Source: Frankiaceae bacterium (GTDB lineage Bacteria; Actinomycetota; Actinomycetes; JAFAQI01). From it: DNA of 24,456 bases. The DNA lies in the NCBI GenBank assembly GCA_030840615.1, contig JAVEEE010000136.1, positions 1 through 24,456 of the forward strand, written 5' to 3'. Both the position numbers and the translations under genes were made by a program. The notes under the pieces were generated by a model. It was not told the origin of the DNA. It saw nothing but the letters and a program-made list of their open reading frames with translations, and made no database searches. Of this stretch, positions 1 to 8,223 are shown one piece after another. Within the stretch, counting starts at the first letter, position 1. Every line of letters begins with the position of its first letter.

Positions 1-2
1 TC

Positions 3-440
3 TACGGCGCGGTGCCCCTGCTGGAGCCGGACGATCTCCCCGGTGCCGGTGACGCGGACGTCTCCGATGCGGACCTCGTCGAGCTGCAGCAGAAGTTCCT
101 GGCCGACGGGTGGGGCGAGCGGCGTCCGGTCGCCGTCGAGCAGCCCTTCGAGCTGGTCGTCGGCGGCCGCCTCGTGCGTGGCCGCATCGACGCGATCTAT
201 CCCGGAGCTGACGCGGGCCGATTCGACGTCATCGACTACAAGACCGGTGCGGAGCCTCGGGACTTCGCCGCGGCCTCCCTGCAGCTATCGGTTTACCGGC
301 TCGCCTGGGCCGACCTGCAGGGCGTCGACCCGGACCAGGTCGACGCGGGGTTCCTCTATGTCCGCACCGGAACGCTCAAGCGGCCGGACCGGCTGCTGTC
401 CCGTGACGAGCTGGCGACGTTGTTCAGCGGGGGCAGCTGA
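3..440 (+). CDS. adnB: 3' end (partial) of AdnB-type ATP-dependent helicase-nuclease, PD-(D/E)XK nuclease domain
   Basis: Frame is open from the window edge. It shows RecB-like nuclease motifs E(Q)PF, GRIDA, VIDYKTG and LQLSVY, has no Fe-S cysteines, and lies upstream of nudC/uvrD2/whiB7 as adnB does in mycobacteria. Confidence 0.8.
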   Translation, partial: YGAVPLLEPDDLPGAGDADVSDADLVELQQKFLADGWGERRPVAVEQPFELVVGGRLVRGRIDAIYPGADAGRFDVIDYKTGAEPRDFAAASLQLSVYRLAWADLQGVDPDQVDAGFLYVRTGTLKRPDRLLSRDELATLFSGGS

Positions 441-441
441 C

Positions 442-945
442 ATGCTCGAGACGACCGAGGACATCAGCGACCTGCAGACACTGCTGGACGCATCGCTGGC
501 CCGCTCCGGCCCACACCTGACGAGCATCATCCATCCCGAAACCCGGACGCCGACGGCCGCGGCTGTCGTGCGCGCGCTGACCGGCATGAAGGTGCTCGTC
601 GTCGCGACCGTCGACGATGCCGGTCGGCCGCGCACGAGTGCCGTCGACGGGCACTTCCTGCGTGGTCGCTGGGTGTTCACCACCTCCGGCGACGCGGTGA
701 AAGTGCGCGACCTGCGAGCGCGGCCCGCGATCTCCGCGTCCCACGTCGACGAGGAGCGGTTCGCGTTGTTCACCCACGGCGAGGCCGAGTTCCTCACGCC
801 GTCACATCCGGACTGGCACTGGGTGGAGGACCACCTCACCGCCCACTACGACGCGTCGCCGACGACCTGGGGGCCGGACATCGCCTACGTGCGCATCCAG
901 CCGCGCTGGTCGGTGGCTTACGCCGTCGACGTCGATGCCATCTGA
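442..945 (+). CDS. Pyridoxamine 5'-phosphate oxidase-like (FMN/F420 split-barrel) protein
   Basis: ATG lies 1 nt after the adnB stop; 167 aa. Motifs VVATVDDAGRPRTSAV and FTTSGDAVKVRDLRARPAIS are typical of PPOX-like proteins. Confidence 0.8.
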   Translation: MLETTEDISDLQTLLDASLARSGPHLTSIIHPETRTPTAAAVVRALTGMKVLVVATVDDAGRPRTSAVDGHFLRGRWVFTTSGDAVKVRDLRARPAISASHVDEERFALFTHGEAEFLTPSHPDWHWVEDHLTAHYDASPTTWGPDIAYVRIQPRWSVAYAVDVDAI

Positions 946-953
946 CGTCGACG

Positions 954-1817
954 TCACATGTTGGAACCGTCCGGCGGCACCGCGGGCGGCAGATCGGCGG
1001 CCGCGCCCGACCCCGCACCGACAGTCGGGTGGTCCAGGTCGAGCGTGTAGGCCGTCATGGACAGCGAGCCGTAGGCGTAGCCGTCGATGAGAACGTCGGT
1101 GCGCCCGCCGCCGGAGCCGGCAAGGCCAGCGAGGTAGAGCAACGGCAGGAAGTGGTCGGGCGTCGGCACTGCATGACGGAAGTCCGGATGCGCATCGAGC
1201 TCGGCTGCTCTGATCGGGTCGTCGAGCATCGTGACCTTCGCGTCCTCGTCGAACCGTTGCGCCCAGTCGAAGCCCGAATCGGCGAGGCGTCGATCGACGC
1301 CCCCGAGGTTGTGCACGACGTTTCCGCTGCCCACGATGAGCACTCCGCGCTCACGGAGCGGCGCAAGCCGCGCGCCGAGGTCGAGGTGGTAGTCGAAGCT
1401 CTTGTCCGCGTTGATGCTGAGCTGTACGACGGGGATGTCGGCGTCGGGGAACGCGTGCAGGAGGACCGACCAGGTGCCGTGGTCGATGCCCCACGAGTCG
1501 ATGTCCGCCCCGACCCAGGTCGGGTGGACCGCGTCGCTGACCTCGGCGGCGAGCTCGGGCAGCCCCGGAGCGGGGTACTGCACGTCGAACAGGGGCTGCG
1601 GAAAGCCATAGAAGTCGTGAATCGTCCGCGGGCGTGACATGGCGGTGACAGCAGTGGCGTTGATGTACCAGTGCGCCGATACGACGAGGATCGCCCGCGG
1701 CCTGCCGACCGATGCGCCGAAGGCGCGCCAGGCCTGGGTGTAGCGGTTGGTCTCCAGGGCGTTCATCGGATTGCCGTGGCCCAGGAACGCAGCGGGCATC
1801 TTGGTCGCGCTGTCCAT
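954..1817 (-). CDS. ygiD: 4,5-DOPA extradiol dioxygenase (LigB/YgiD family)
   Basis: Motifs FLGHGNPM, SAHW, HDFYGFP, DHGTW and PTPDHFLPL. The start at 1817 is supported by a TACGGT -10 hexamer 6 nt upstream. Confidence 0.9.
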   Translation of the reverse strand: MDSATKMPAAFLGHGNPMNALETNRYTQAWRAFGASVGRPRAILVVSAHWYINATAVTAMSRPRTIHDFYGFPQPLFDVQYPAPGLPELAAEVSDAVHPTWVGADIDSWGIDHGTWSVLLHAFPDADIPVVQLSINADKSFDYHLDLGARLAPLRERGVLIVGSGNVVHNLGGVDRRLADSGFDWAQRFDEDAKVTMLDDPIRAAELDAHPDFRHAVPTPDHFLPLLYLAGLAGSGGGRTDVLIDGYAYGSLSMTAYTLDLDHPTVGAGSGAAADLPPAVPPDGSNM

Positions 1818-1854
1818 CGCTCGACCGTAGTGCCGGCCGGTTAGGGTCGGCCAC

Positions 1855-2715
1855 ATGCCCGATATGGCGTCTCCTGCGCTCGCGCGTGGGACCGTCGACC
1901 GGGCGGCCGAGCGCCGTCGGGACGAGGCGTTCCTCGACGAGGCATGGCGATCGGGCCGGGTGCTCGTCCTCGAGGCCGACGGTCGGGTGCTGGTCGGCGA
2001 CGACGGCGGGCTGTTGCTGGTCGAGTCGGCGGACCAGGAGGGTGAGCGATTCTTCCTGGGCCTCGACCGTGACGGCACCCCGCTGTGGGCCGTTGTGGGG
2101 GAGCTACCTCGAAAGCTGGGCGCCCGCCCGGTGACGCTCCGCGATGTCGGCGCGCACCTGTCGGACCGCGACGCCGGCCTCTACGTCACCGCGATCGCTC
2201 TCGCCAACTGGCACGCGACGCACCGCCGGTGCCCGCGCTGCGGGGAGCCCACCATGGTCGCCGACGGAGGCTGGGTGCGCCGATGCCTCGTGGACGGCAC
2301 CGACCACTTCCCGCGTACGGACCCCGCGGTCATCGTTCTCGTGCACGACGGCGCCGACCGTTGCCTGCTCGGCCGCCAACCCAGCTGGCCGCGGGGTCGC
2401 TACTCGACATTGGCCGGCTTCGTCGAGCCGGGGGAGTCACTGGAGCAGGCGGTCGCCCGTGAGATCCGCGAGGAGAGCGGCGTCGACGTCGACGACATCG
2501 TCTATCGGGGCAGCCAGCCCTGGCCGTTCCCGGCGTCGTTGATGCTCGGTTTCGAGGCACGCGCCGTCGGCGGTGACGCCAAGGTTTCCGACGACGAGCT
2601 CGAGGACGTGCGCTGGTTCTCGCGTGAGGACCTGCGTCGCGGCGAGCCGATGCTGCCGCCGCCGGCGTCGATCGCGCACTGGCTCATCGTCAACTGGCTG
2701 TCCCGCGAGTCGTGA
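1855..2715 (+). CDS. nudC: NAD(+)/NADH diphosphatase NudC
   Basis: Nudix box GFVEPGESLEQAVAREIREESG, NudC signature SQPWPFPASLMLGF, CPRCG zinc knuckle and FPRTDPAVI. Confidence 0.96.
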   Translation: MPDMASPALARGTVDRAAERRRDEAFLDEAWRSGRVLVLEADGRVLVGDDGGLLLVESADQEGERFFLGLDRDGTPLWAVVGELPRKLGARPVTLRDVGAHLSDRDAGLYVTAIALANWHATHRRCPRCGEPTMVADGGWVRRCLVDGTDHFPRTDPAVIVLVHDGADRCLLGRQPSWPRGRYSTLAGFVEPGESLEQAVAREIREESGVDVDDIVYRGSQPWPFPASLMLGFEARAVGGDAKVSDDELEDVRWFSREDLRRGEPMLPPPASIAHWLIVNWLSRES

Positions 2716-3962
2716 CAAGCCACCCGGAGCGCCTCGATGCGTCGCACCGACGGCTGCTCTGGCTGCTCGCTGTCGCGTGCTTCTCCGAGGGGTACGACTT
2801 CGCCCTGTTGACGGTCGCGCTGCCGCAGGTGCGTCACACATTCCATCTCACCCACACCAAGGCCGACCTGTGGATCGCCCTGCTCTACCTCGGCGCGCTG
2901 CCCGCACTCGTGTGGGGCCGCCGAGCCGACCGCAACGGGCGCCGCGGAGTGCTGCTCATCGCGATCGTCGGTTACACCCTCGCCGCCGCCGTCACCGCCG
3001 CAGCACCCTCCATTGGTTTCTACGTCGCGTGCCAGTTCGTCGCGCGCTGTTTCATCGCGACCCAGGTCGCGATCGCCTGGACGATGGCGGCTGAGGATCT
3101 CCCGGCCGAACGCCGGGGTGTCGGCTTCGGGATCCTCGCGTTGTCGAGCGCCATGGGCACCGGGTTCTGCGCGATCGTGCAGGCGGTCGTCATCAGCCCG
3201 CTTGACGCATCGTGGCGATGGCTCTACGTGCTGGCGCTCCCGTTCCTCGTCGTCGTCGTCTTCCTGCGACGTGCGCTTCCGGAGAGCGCGCGATATCTCG
3301 CCGTCGAGCGGTCGGACCACGAGCCGCAGCCGGGCCGGCTGTTGACCCAGCCGCCGTTCGTCCGCCCGTTGGTCCTCATCTGCCTGACCATCCTGCTCAT
3401 CAACCTCACGACCGAGGCGACCATCTTCTCGATCGACTTTCTGGAGAACCGTCGCCATCTGTCGACGTCGTCGGCCAACCTGCTCCTCGTCGCCGCGGGC
3501 GCTCTTGCGTTGCCGGTGTTGACGTTGGCAGGACGGCTGAGTGACCGGATCGGCCGTCGCCGCGTCTGCATGGCCGGGCTGGTCGTGCAAGCAGGTGGAC
3601 TGCTGCTGTTCTTCATCGTCGCGCGTGGCGCATTCGCGCTCGGCGCGACGTTGGTGCTCGTCTACATCGGGTTGTTCGCCGCCTGGACCACCGGCAGTGC
3701 GATTGCCGTCGAGCTGTTCCCCACGTCGTTGCGCGCGGCCGCGAGCTCGGCGGCGGCCATCGCGAAGCTGCTGGGTCAGTCGGCGAGCTTCGCGCTGGGG
3801 GCTGGCCTACTCGCCGTCACCCACCGACCGGACGTGACGGTGGCCTTCCTCGTCATCGGCCCGTTGGCCGGCGTGGTGCTCATCGCCACCGTCGTGCCGG
3901 AGACGAGCCGCCGGGAGCTGACCGACGTCGTCGAGCTCAAGCCAGTTGCTGCTGACCGGTGA
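2712..3962 (+). CDS. MFS transporter
   Basis: About 12 hydrophobic segments. Motif A appears twice (WGRRADRNGRR, AGRLSDRIGRR), plus EGYD in TM1 and ELFPTSLRA. GTGA overlap with the nudC stop. Confidence 0.92.
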   Translation: MTSHPERLDASHRRLLWLLAVACFSEGYDFALLTVALPQVRHTFHLTHTKADLWIALLYLGALPALVWGRRADRNGRRGVLLIAIVGYTLAAAVTAAAPSIGFYVACQFVARCFIATQVAIAWTMAAEDLPAERRGVGFGILALSSAMGTGFCAIVQAVVISPLDASWRWLYVLALPFLVVVVFLRRALPESARYLAVERSDHEPQPGRLLTQPPFVRPLVLICLTILLINLTTEATIFSIDFLENRRHLSTSSANLLLVAAGALALPVLTLAGRLSDRIGRRRVCMAGLVVQAGGLLLFFIVARGAFALGATLVLVYIGLFAAWTTGSAIAVELFPTSLRAAASSAAAIAKLLGQSASFALGAGLLAVTHRPDVTVAFLVIGPLAGVVLIATVVPETSRRELTDVVELKPVAADR

Positions 3963-4176
3963 TCGTGCTGCCGGCGAGCCCGTCGACCAGCGTGTGGACG
4001 AGTCGAGCTACGTCGGAGGCAGCGACTTGCGCGGTGGCGACGCAGGCGTCGTCCCGCCAGATGCTCACCACGGCCGCGTCGATCTCCGGGTGCCAGGTGA
4101 CCCGCAGTGCTCGGCCGGCGGAGCGCTGATCCGGGAAGACTGCTCCGTTGACGGGGAGGGGCGCGATGCCAGCCAT
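3937..4176 (-). CDS. Small conserved actinobacterial hypothetical protein (79 aa)
   Basis: VFPDQRSAGRALRVTWHPEIDAAVVSIWRDDACVAT resembles a recurrent actinobacterial hypothetical family (from recall, not searched). CACCAT hexamer lies 6 nt before the ATG. Confidence 0.65.
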   Translation of the reverse strand: MAGIAPLPVNGAVFPDQRSAGRALRVTWHPEIDAAVVSIWRDDACVATAQVAASDVARLVHTLVDGLAGSTITGQQQLA

Positions 4177-4224
4177 GCCCGCATGGTGCCTCCGTACGCC
4201 GCCGCCGTAAAGAGCCCGATCGGG

Positions 4225-5007
4225 TCAGAGGCCGTGTCTCGCCTCGTCGGTCAACGTGGGGCCACCCGCGAACACCTGGGCGATCGCCATCCACTCGGTC
4301 GCGAGTGGGCCGGTGACCGCAAGCCCGGTGTCCCCGACCAGCCGGCGCTGACTGACGACCAGGCAGAAGTCCTCGGCATCGCCGGTCACCCGGTCGGCCG
4401 CGTCCGGGTCACCCCAGGACCAGGTCTCACGTTCCGGCCCGAGCAGCTCGACCCGTACCTCGCCCGCAGGGACGTCGAGGCCGCGCACGACGTAGGAGAA
4501 GCCGCGGGTCCGAACACCGAGATGACAGATGTGCCGCAGCCGTGCGGTTGGTTCGCGCCGGCGCCCCAGTGCGTCGGCGACGTCCTGGCCGTGCGCCCAG
4601 TACTCCATCATCCGGGCCGTACCGAACGACGCGGGCGACATCGGCGGTCCGTACCACGGCACCTTCGTCGCGGGGTCGGCTGCGCCGAGCGCCGCGACCA
4701 GGTCCGCGCGCGTCTGCCGCCAGACATCGGGAAGCGTCGACCCGAGGTCGCGGCCTGCTTGCGTCGTGCGCGCCATCCAGCTTTCCGGGTCGGCGAAGAT
4801 CTGCTCCAGGCCGGCGGTGAAAGCCTCCGGATCGACCAGCGCAGTGGTCGCTTCGCGATCGAAGAACCACAGGTGCGCGATGGTGTCGCCGATGCTCCAG
4901 CCGGCCGCCGGCGTGGGTCGGTCGAGCTCTGCCGCACCGACGAGTGCATCGAGATCGTCGTGCTCCGCGCGTAAGTCAGCGATCAGCACCTGCATGTCCG
5001 GCGGCAC
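4225..5007 (-). CDS. TIGR03084-like metal-binding protein (MDMPI N-terminal / DinB superfamily)
   Basis: Motifs TPAAGWSIGDTIAHL, VPWYGPPMS, ARMMEYWAHGQD and LRHICHLGVRTRGFSY. TACGGT lies 6 nt before the GTG. Confidence 0.88.
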   Translation of the reverse strand: MPPDMQVLIADLRAEHDDLDALVGAAELDRPTPAAGWSIGDTIAHLWFFDREATTALVDPEAFTAGLEQIFADPESWMARTTQAGRDLGSTLPDVWRQTRADLVAALGAADPATKVPWYGPPMSPASFGTARMMEYWAHGQDVADALGRRREPTARLRHICHLGVRTRGFSYVVRGLDVPAGEVRVELLGPERETWSWGDPDAADRVTGDAEDFCLVVSQRRLVGDTGLAVTGPLATEWMAIAQVFAGGPTLTDEARHGL

Positions 5008-5028
5008 GCCGCGACCGTAGCAGCGGCG

Positions 5029-5886
5029 TCAGCGCCGTCCCGCCAGCTCCGGGGGCAGCGGCACCGACGGGTCGCTGGCCGAGGCGATCACCATGCGAGC
5101 GAGGTCGTGCACCTTCTTGCCCCGGGAGCGCGCGGCTTTGCGCAACCGCTCGAACGCCGCCCGCGCGGCGAGGTGCTGGCGCTCCGCGAGGACACCGATG
5201 GCCTGCTCGACGACGACCCGGGCGGCGAGCGCGTGCTCGAGCTGCGCGACCGCCATCTGCAGTCGGTCGACCTCGGTGAGCTCTTCTTCGGGACGCGGCG
5301 GCCGGACCGGACCGCCGAGATCATCGGCGAGAAGGTCGGCGAGCACCATCGCGCTGGTCAGGTCCTGGGCGCCGTCATGACCTACCCGCCAGCCGCCGGG
5401 CGTGCGGCGGACGACGACGCGACCGGACACATCGCCGACCTGCGCCTCGATGACGCCGGCCAGCGTGGTGAGGATGCGCAGCGTGTCGCCCGGCACGGGC
5501 ACGCGGCCGCGATCGACGCCGCACAACGTCCCGACCACCCGACCGTCACCTGAGTGGATCGGTACGCCGACGTAGGACGTGATGCCGAAGCTGGTCCGGG
5601 CGGGTGCGTCCGCGTAGGCGGGGTCGTTCGCAGCATCGGACGTCGACGGGGGAGCACCCGCGAGAAGGCGATGGCAGAAGGAGTCGGTGCGGGGCAACGT
5701 CAGCCCCTCGGCGACACCGGGTAGATCACCGAGCACGCGCTCGAACGCGAACTCTTGGTCGGTGAGACCGCCGACGAACACGACCTCCATGCCGAGCATG
5801 TCGGCGGCTGTCGTCATGGCAGCGCCGACGGCTGGATGGTGAAGGTCGGCGCCGATCACCCCATCATGGTGACCGATGGCGGTCAC
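5029..5886 (-). CDS. GAF and ANTAR domain-containing protein
   Basis: GAF motifs SYVGVPI and GTLCGVD. C-terminal ANTAR segment LEHALAARVVVEQAIGVLAERQHLAARAAFERLRKAARSRGKKVHDLARMVI. Start codon is uncertain. Confidence 0.85.
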   Translation of the reverse strand: MTAIGHHDGVIGADLHHPAVGAAMTTAADMLGMEVVFVGGLTDQEFAFERVLGDLPGVAEGLTLPRTDSFCHRLLAGAPPSTSDAANDPAYADAPARTSFGITSYVGVPIHSGDGRVVGTLCGVDRGRVPVPGDTLRILTTLAGVIEAQVGDVSGRVVVRRTPGGWRVGHDGAQDLTSAMVLADLLADDLGGPVRPPRPEEELTEVDRLQMAVAQLEHALAARVVVEQAIGVLAERQHLAARAAFERLRKAARSRGKKVHDLARMVIASASDPSVPLPPELAGRR

Positions 5887-5937
5887 TTCGGGGTCAGGAT
5901 GGTCAAAAGTGCAGGGCGCCGGCTGGAAAACCGCAGG

Positions 5938-6213
5938 TCAGGCGGCTCGTATAGCTGAGAGCAGGGCCGGCAGCGGCGGGTTGGTCAACGTCGTACCGTC
6001 GGGCAGCACGATCGTCGGAACCGTCGCGTTGCCACGGTTGATCGTCATGACCAGGTCGGCCGCAGCCTCGTCCCGATCGATGTCGACCTCGTCGAAGTCG
6101 ATGCCTTCGCGCTCCAGAGCGCGTTTCAGCCGCACGCAGTAGCCGCACCAGGGCGTGCTGTACATCGTCAGGCGACCCCGGCTCAGGGGGGACTCGCGCG
6201 GTTCGATCGGCAT
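5938..6213 (-). CDS. mrx1: Mycoredoxin (glutaredoxin-like)
   Basis: MYSTPWCGYC active site and NRGNATVPT cis-Pro motif; divergent from uvrD2 as in mycobacteria. The start at 6213 is supported by the ECF promoter spacing. Confidence 0.92.
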   Translation of the reverse strand: MPIEPRESPLSRGRLTMYSTPWCGYCVRLKRALEREGIDFDEVDIDRDEAAADLVMTINRGNATVPTIVLPDGTTLTNPPLPALLSAIRAA

Positions 6214-6220
6214 GCGCCAG

Positions 6221-6248
6221 TCAACCGCCTTTCCTGCCAGGATGTTCC
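6221..6248 (-). promoter_or_regulatory. SigH/SigR-type ECF promoter for mrx1 (GGAAC-N18-GTT), probably leaderless
   Basis: Minus strand reads GGAAC atcctggcaggaaaggcg GTTGA ctggcgc ATG: 18-nt spacer, with the ATG 7 nt after GTTGA. Confidence 0.75.
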
Positions 6249-6249
6249 G

Positions 6250-8223
6250 ATGCCGTCCGACCCTCTCACCGACCTCGACCCGGAGCAGCGGCAGGCGGCT
6301 GAAGCGTTGCGCGGACCGGTCTGCATCCTCGCCGGCGCGGGCACCGGCAAGACCCGCGCCATCACACACCGGACCGCGCACTTGGTGCACACCGGCACGG
6401 CGGACCCCGACCAGGTGCTCGCCGTGACGTTCACCACCCGAGCGGCCGGGGAGATGCGGTCGCGGTTGCGAGCTCTCGGCGTCGGCGGCGTACAGGCGCG
6501 CACGTTTCACTCCGCTGCGCTGCGCCAGCTGCAGTACTTCTGGCCACGCATCGCCGGCGGCGGCCGGCCGTCGATCATCGAGAGCAAGCTGCCGTCGATC
6601 CGTGCAGCGGCGACCCGGGTGCGACTGGGGCTCGACCCGGCCGGCCAGCGTGACGTCGCCGCAGAGATCGAGTGGGCGAAGGCCGCGCTCGTCACACCGG
6701 ATGCTTACGTCGCTGCTGCGGCATCAGCGGGCCGTCAGCCGCCGTACGACTTCACCTCCGTGCAGAAGCTGTTCGCAGGATACGAGGAAGTCAACAGCGA
6801 GCGAGGGCAGCTCGACTTCGAAGACCTGCTGCTGCTGACTGCGGCAGCTATCGAGGAACACGCCGACATCGCCAGGGAGGTGCGCGACCGCTACCGGCAC
6901 TTCGTCGTCGACGAGTACCAGGACGTCAACCCGTTGCAGCAGCGGCTGCTCGAGGCGTGGCTCGGCGACCGCGACGACGTGTGTGTCGTCGGGGACCCCA
7001 ACCAGACCATCTACTCCTTCACCGGTGCGTCGCCGTCGTACCTGCTCGACTTCGCGAAGCGATTTCCCGGCACGACGGTCGTCCGGCTGGTGCGCGACTA
7101 TCGCTCCACCAACCAGATCGTCGCGCTCGCCAACCAGCTGTTGCGGGACTCGCGGCTGCGGGCCCAGGCCGGCGACGGACCGGATGTCGTCTTCGCGGGC
7201 TACGACGACGAGCCGGCCGAAGCAGCGGGCGTGATCACGCGAGTGAAGGCTCTCGTCGCCCAAGGGGTCCCGCTGCGCGAGATGGCTGTGCTGTTCCGGG
7301 TCAACGCGCAGTCAGCGGTCTATGAGGCGGCACTCGCGGACGCCGCGCTGCCCTACGTCGTTCGCGGCGGCGCGCGATTCTTCGACCGTCCCGAGGTGCG
7401 GCAAGCCATGACGGTGCTTCGAGTGTCGGCCCAGGCCGAGGCCGAGTCTTTCGCCGGAGTTGCGCTGCCCGCGGCCGTGGAGAAGATCCTGGAGGCGGTG
7501 GGCCTGACGGCGGCGCCGCCGTCCGGCCGCGGTGCTGCCCGGGAGAAGTGGGACGCGTTGCGGGCGATCGTCGGGCTGGCGGAGGAGGTTGCCGCTGCTG
7601 GACCGTCGGCCGACCTCGAGATGTTCGTGGCCGAGCTGGCCAGTCGCGCGGAGGCGCAGCACGCGCCGGTCGTCGAGGGCGTGACGCTCGCGTCGCTGCA
7701 TGCCGCCAAAGGCCTCGAGTGGGATGCGGTGTTCCTTGTCGGTCTCGTGGACGGGACGGTGCCGATCACCCACGCGACGACGCCGGCCCAGGTGGAGGAG
7801 GAGCGTCGGCTGCTCTACGTGGGCATCACCAGGGCTCGCCGCCATCTGTCCCTGACCTGGTCCGCCGCGCGTGCTGCCGGCGGGCGACGCAGTCGCAAGC
7901 CCAGCCGGTTTCTCGACGGGGTCCGTCCGCCGGATGCTCGAGGCGCTGCCACGTCCGGCTCCAAGCGCGAAGCGGTCGCCGTTTCGGCGGAGGATGCCGC
8001 GCTGTTCGAGGGGTTGCGCGAATGGCGTCGCGGCGTCGCCGCGGCGACGGCGATGCCGCCCTACATCGTGTTCAGTGACCGCACGCTGGCGGCGATCGCC
8101 ACCGCCCGGCCCCGCACGCGTGCCGAGCTTGCGGCCATCTCCGGCGTCGGTCCCAAGAAGCTCGATGACTACGCCGAGGACGTGCTGGGAGTCGTTCGCT
8201 CCGAGGACGTCGCGAGCAGCTAG
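6250..8223 (+). CDS. uvrD2: UvrD2-type superfamily 1 DNA helicase with C-terminal HRDC domain
   Basis: Walker A AGAGTGKT, Walker B VDEYQD, VGDPNQTIYSF, SLHAAKGLEW, EEERRLLYVGITRAR, and an HRDC domain (LREWRR...PPYIVFSDRTL...ISGVGPKKL). Confidence 0.95.
   Translation: MPSDPLTDLDPEQRQAAEALRGPVCILAGAGTGKTRAITHRTAHLVHTGTADPDQVLAVTFTTRAAGEMRSRLRALGVGGVQARTFHSAALRQLQYFWPRIAGGGRPSIIESKLPSIRAAATRVRLGLDPAGQRDVAAEIEWAKAALVTPDAYVAAAASAGRQPPYDFTSVQKLFAGYEEVNSERGQLDFEDLLLLTAAAIEEHADIAREVRDRYRHFVVDEYQDVNPLQQRLLEAWLGDRDDVCVVGDPNQTIYSFTGASPSYLLDFAKRFPGTTVVRLVRDYRSTNQIVALANQLLRDSRLRAQAGDGPDVVFAGYDDEPAEAAGVITRVKALVAQGVPLREMAVLFRVNAQSAVYEAALADAALPYVVRGGARFFDRPEVRQAMTVLRVSAQAEAESFAGVALPAAVEKILEAVGLTAAPPSGRGAAREKWDALRAIVGLAEEVAAAGPSADLEMFVAELASRAEAQHAPVVEGVTLASLHAAKGLEWDAVFLVGLVDGTVPITHATTPAQVEEERRLLYVGITRARRHLSLTWSAARAAGGRRSRKPSRFLDGVRPPDARGAATSGSKREAVAVSAEDAALFEGLREWRRGVAAATAMPPYIVFSDRTLAAIATARPRTRAELAAISGVGPKKLDDYAEDVLGVVRSEDVASS

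Noticed and set aside
5850-5886. Twin hairpins at the GAF-ANTAR start as an ANTAR target RNA
   Set aside because: The loops (GCCAUC, AUGAUG) lack the A1/G4 hexaloop pattern.
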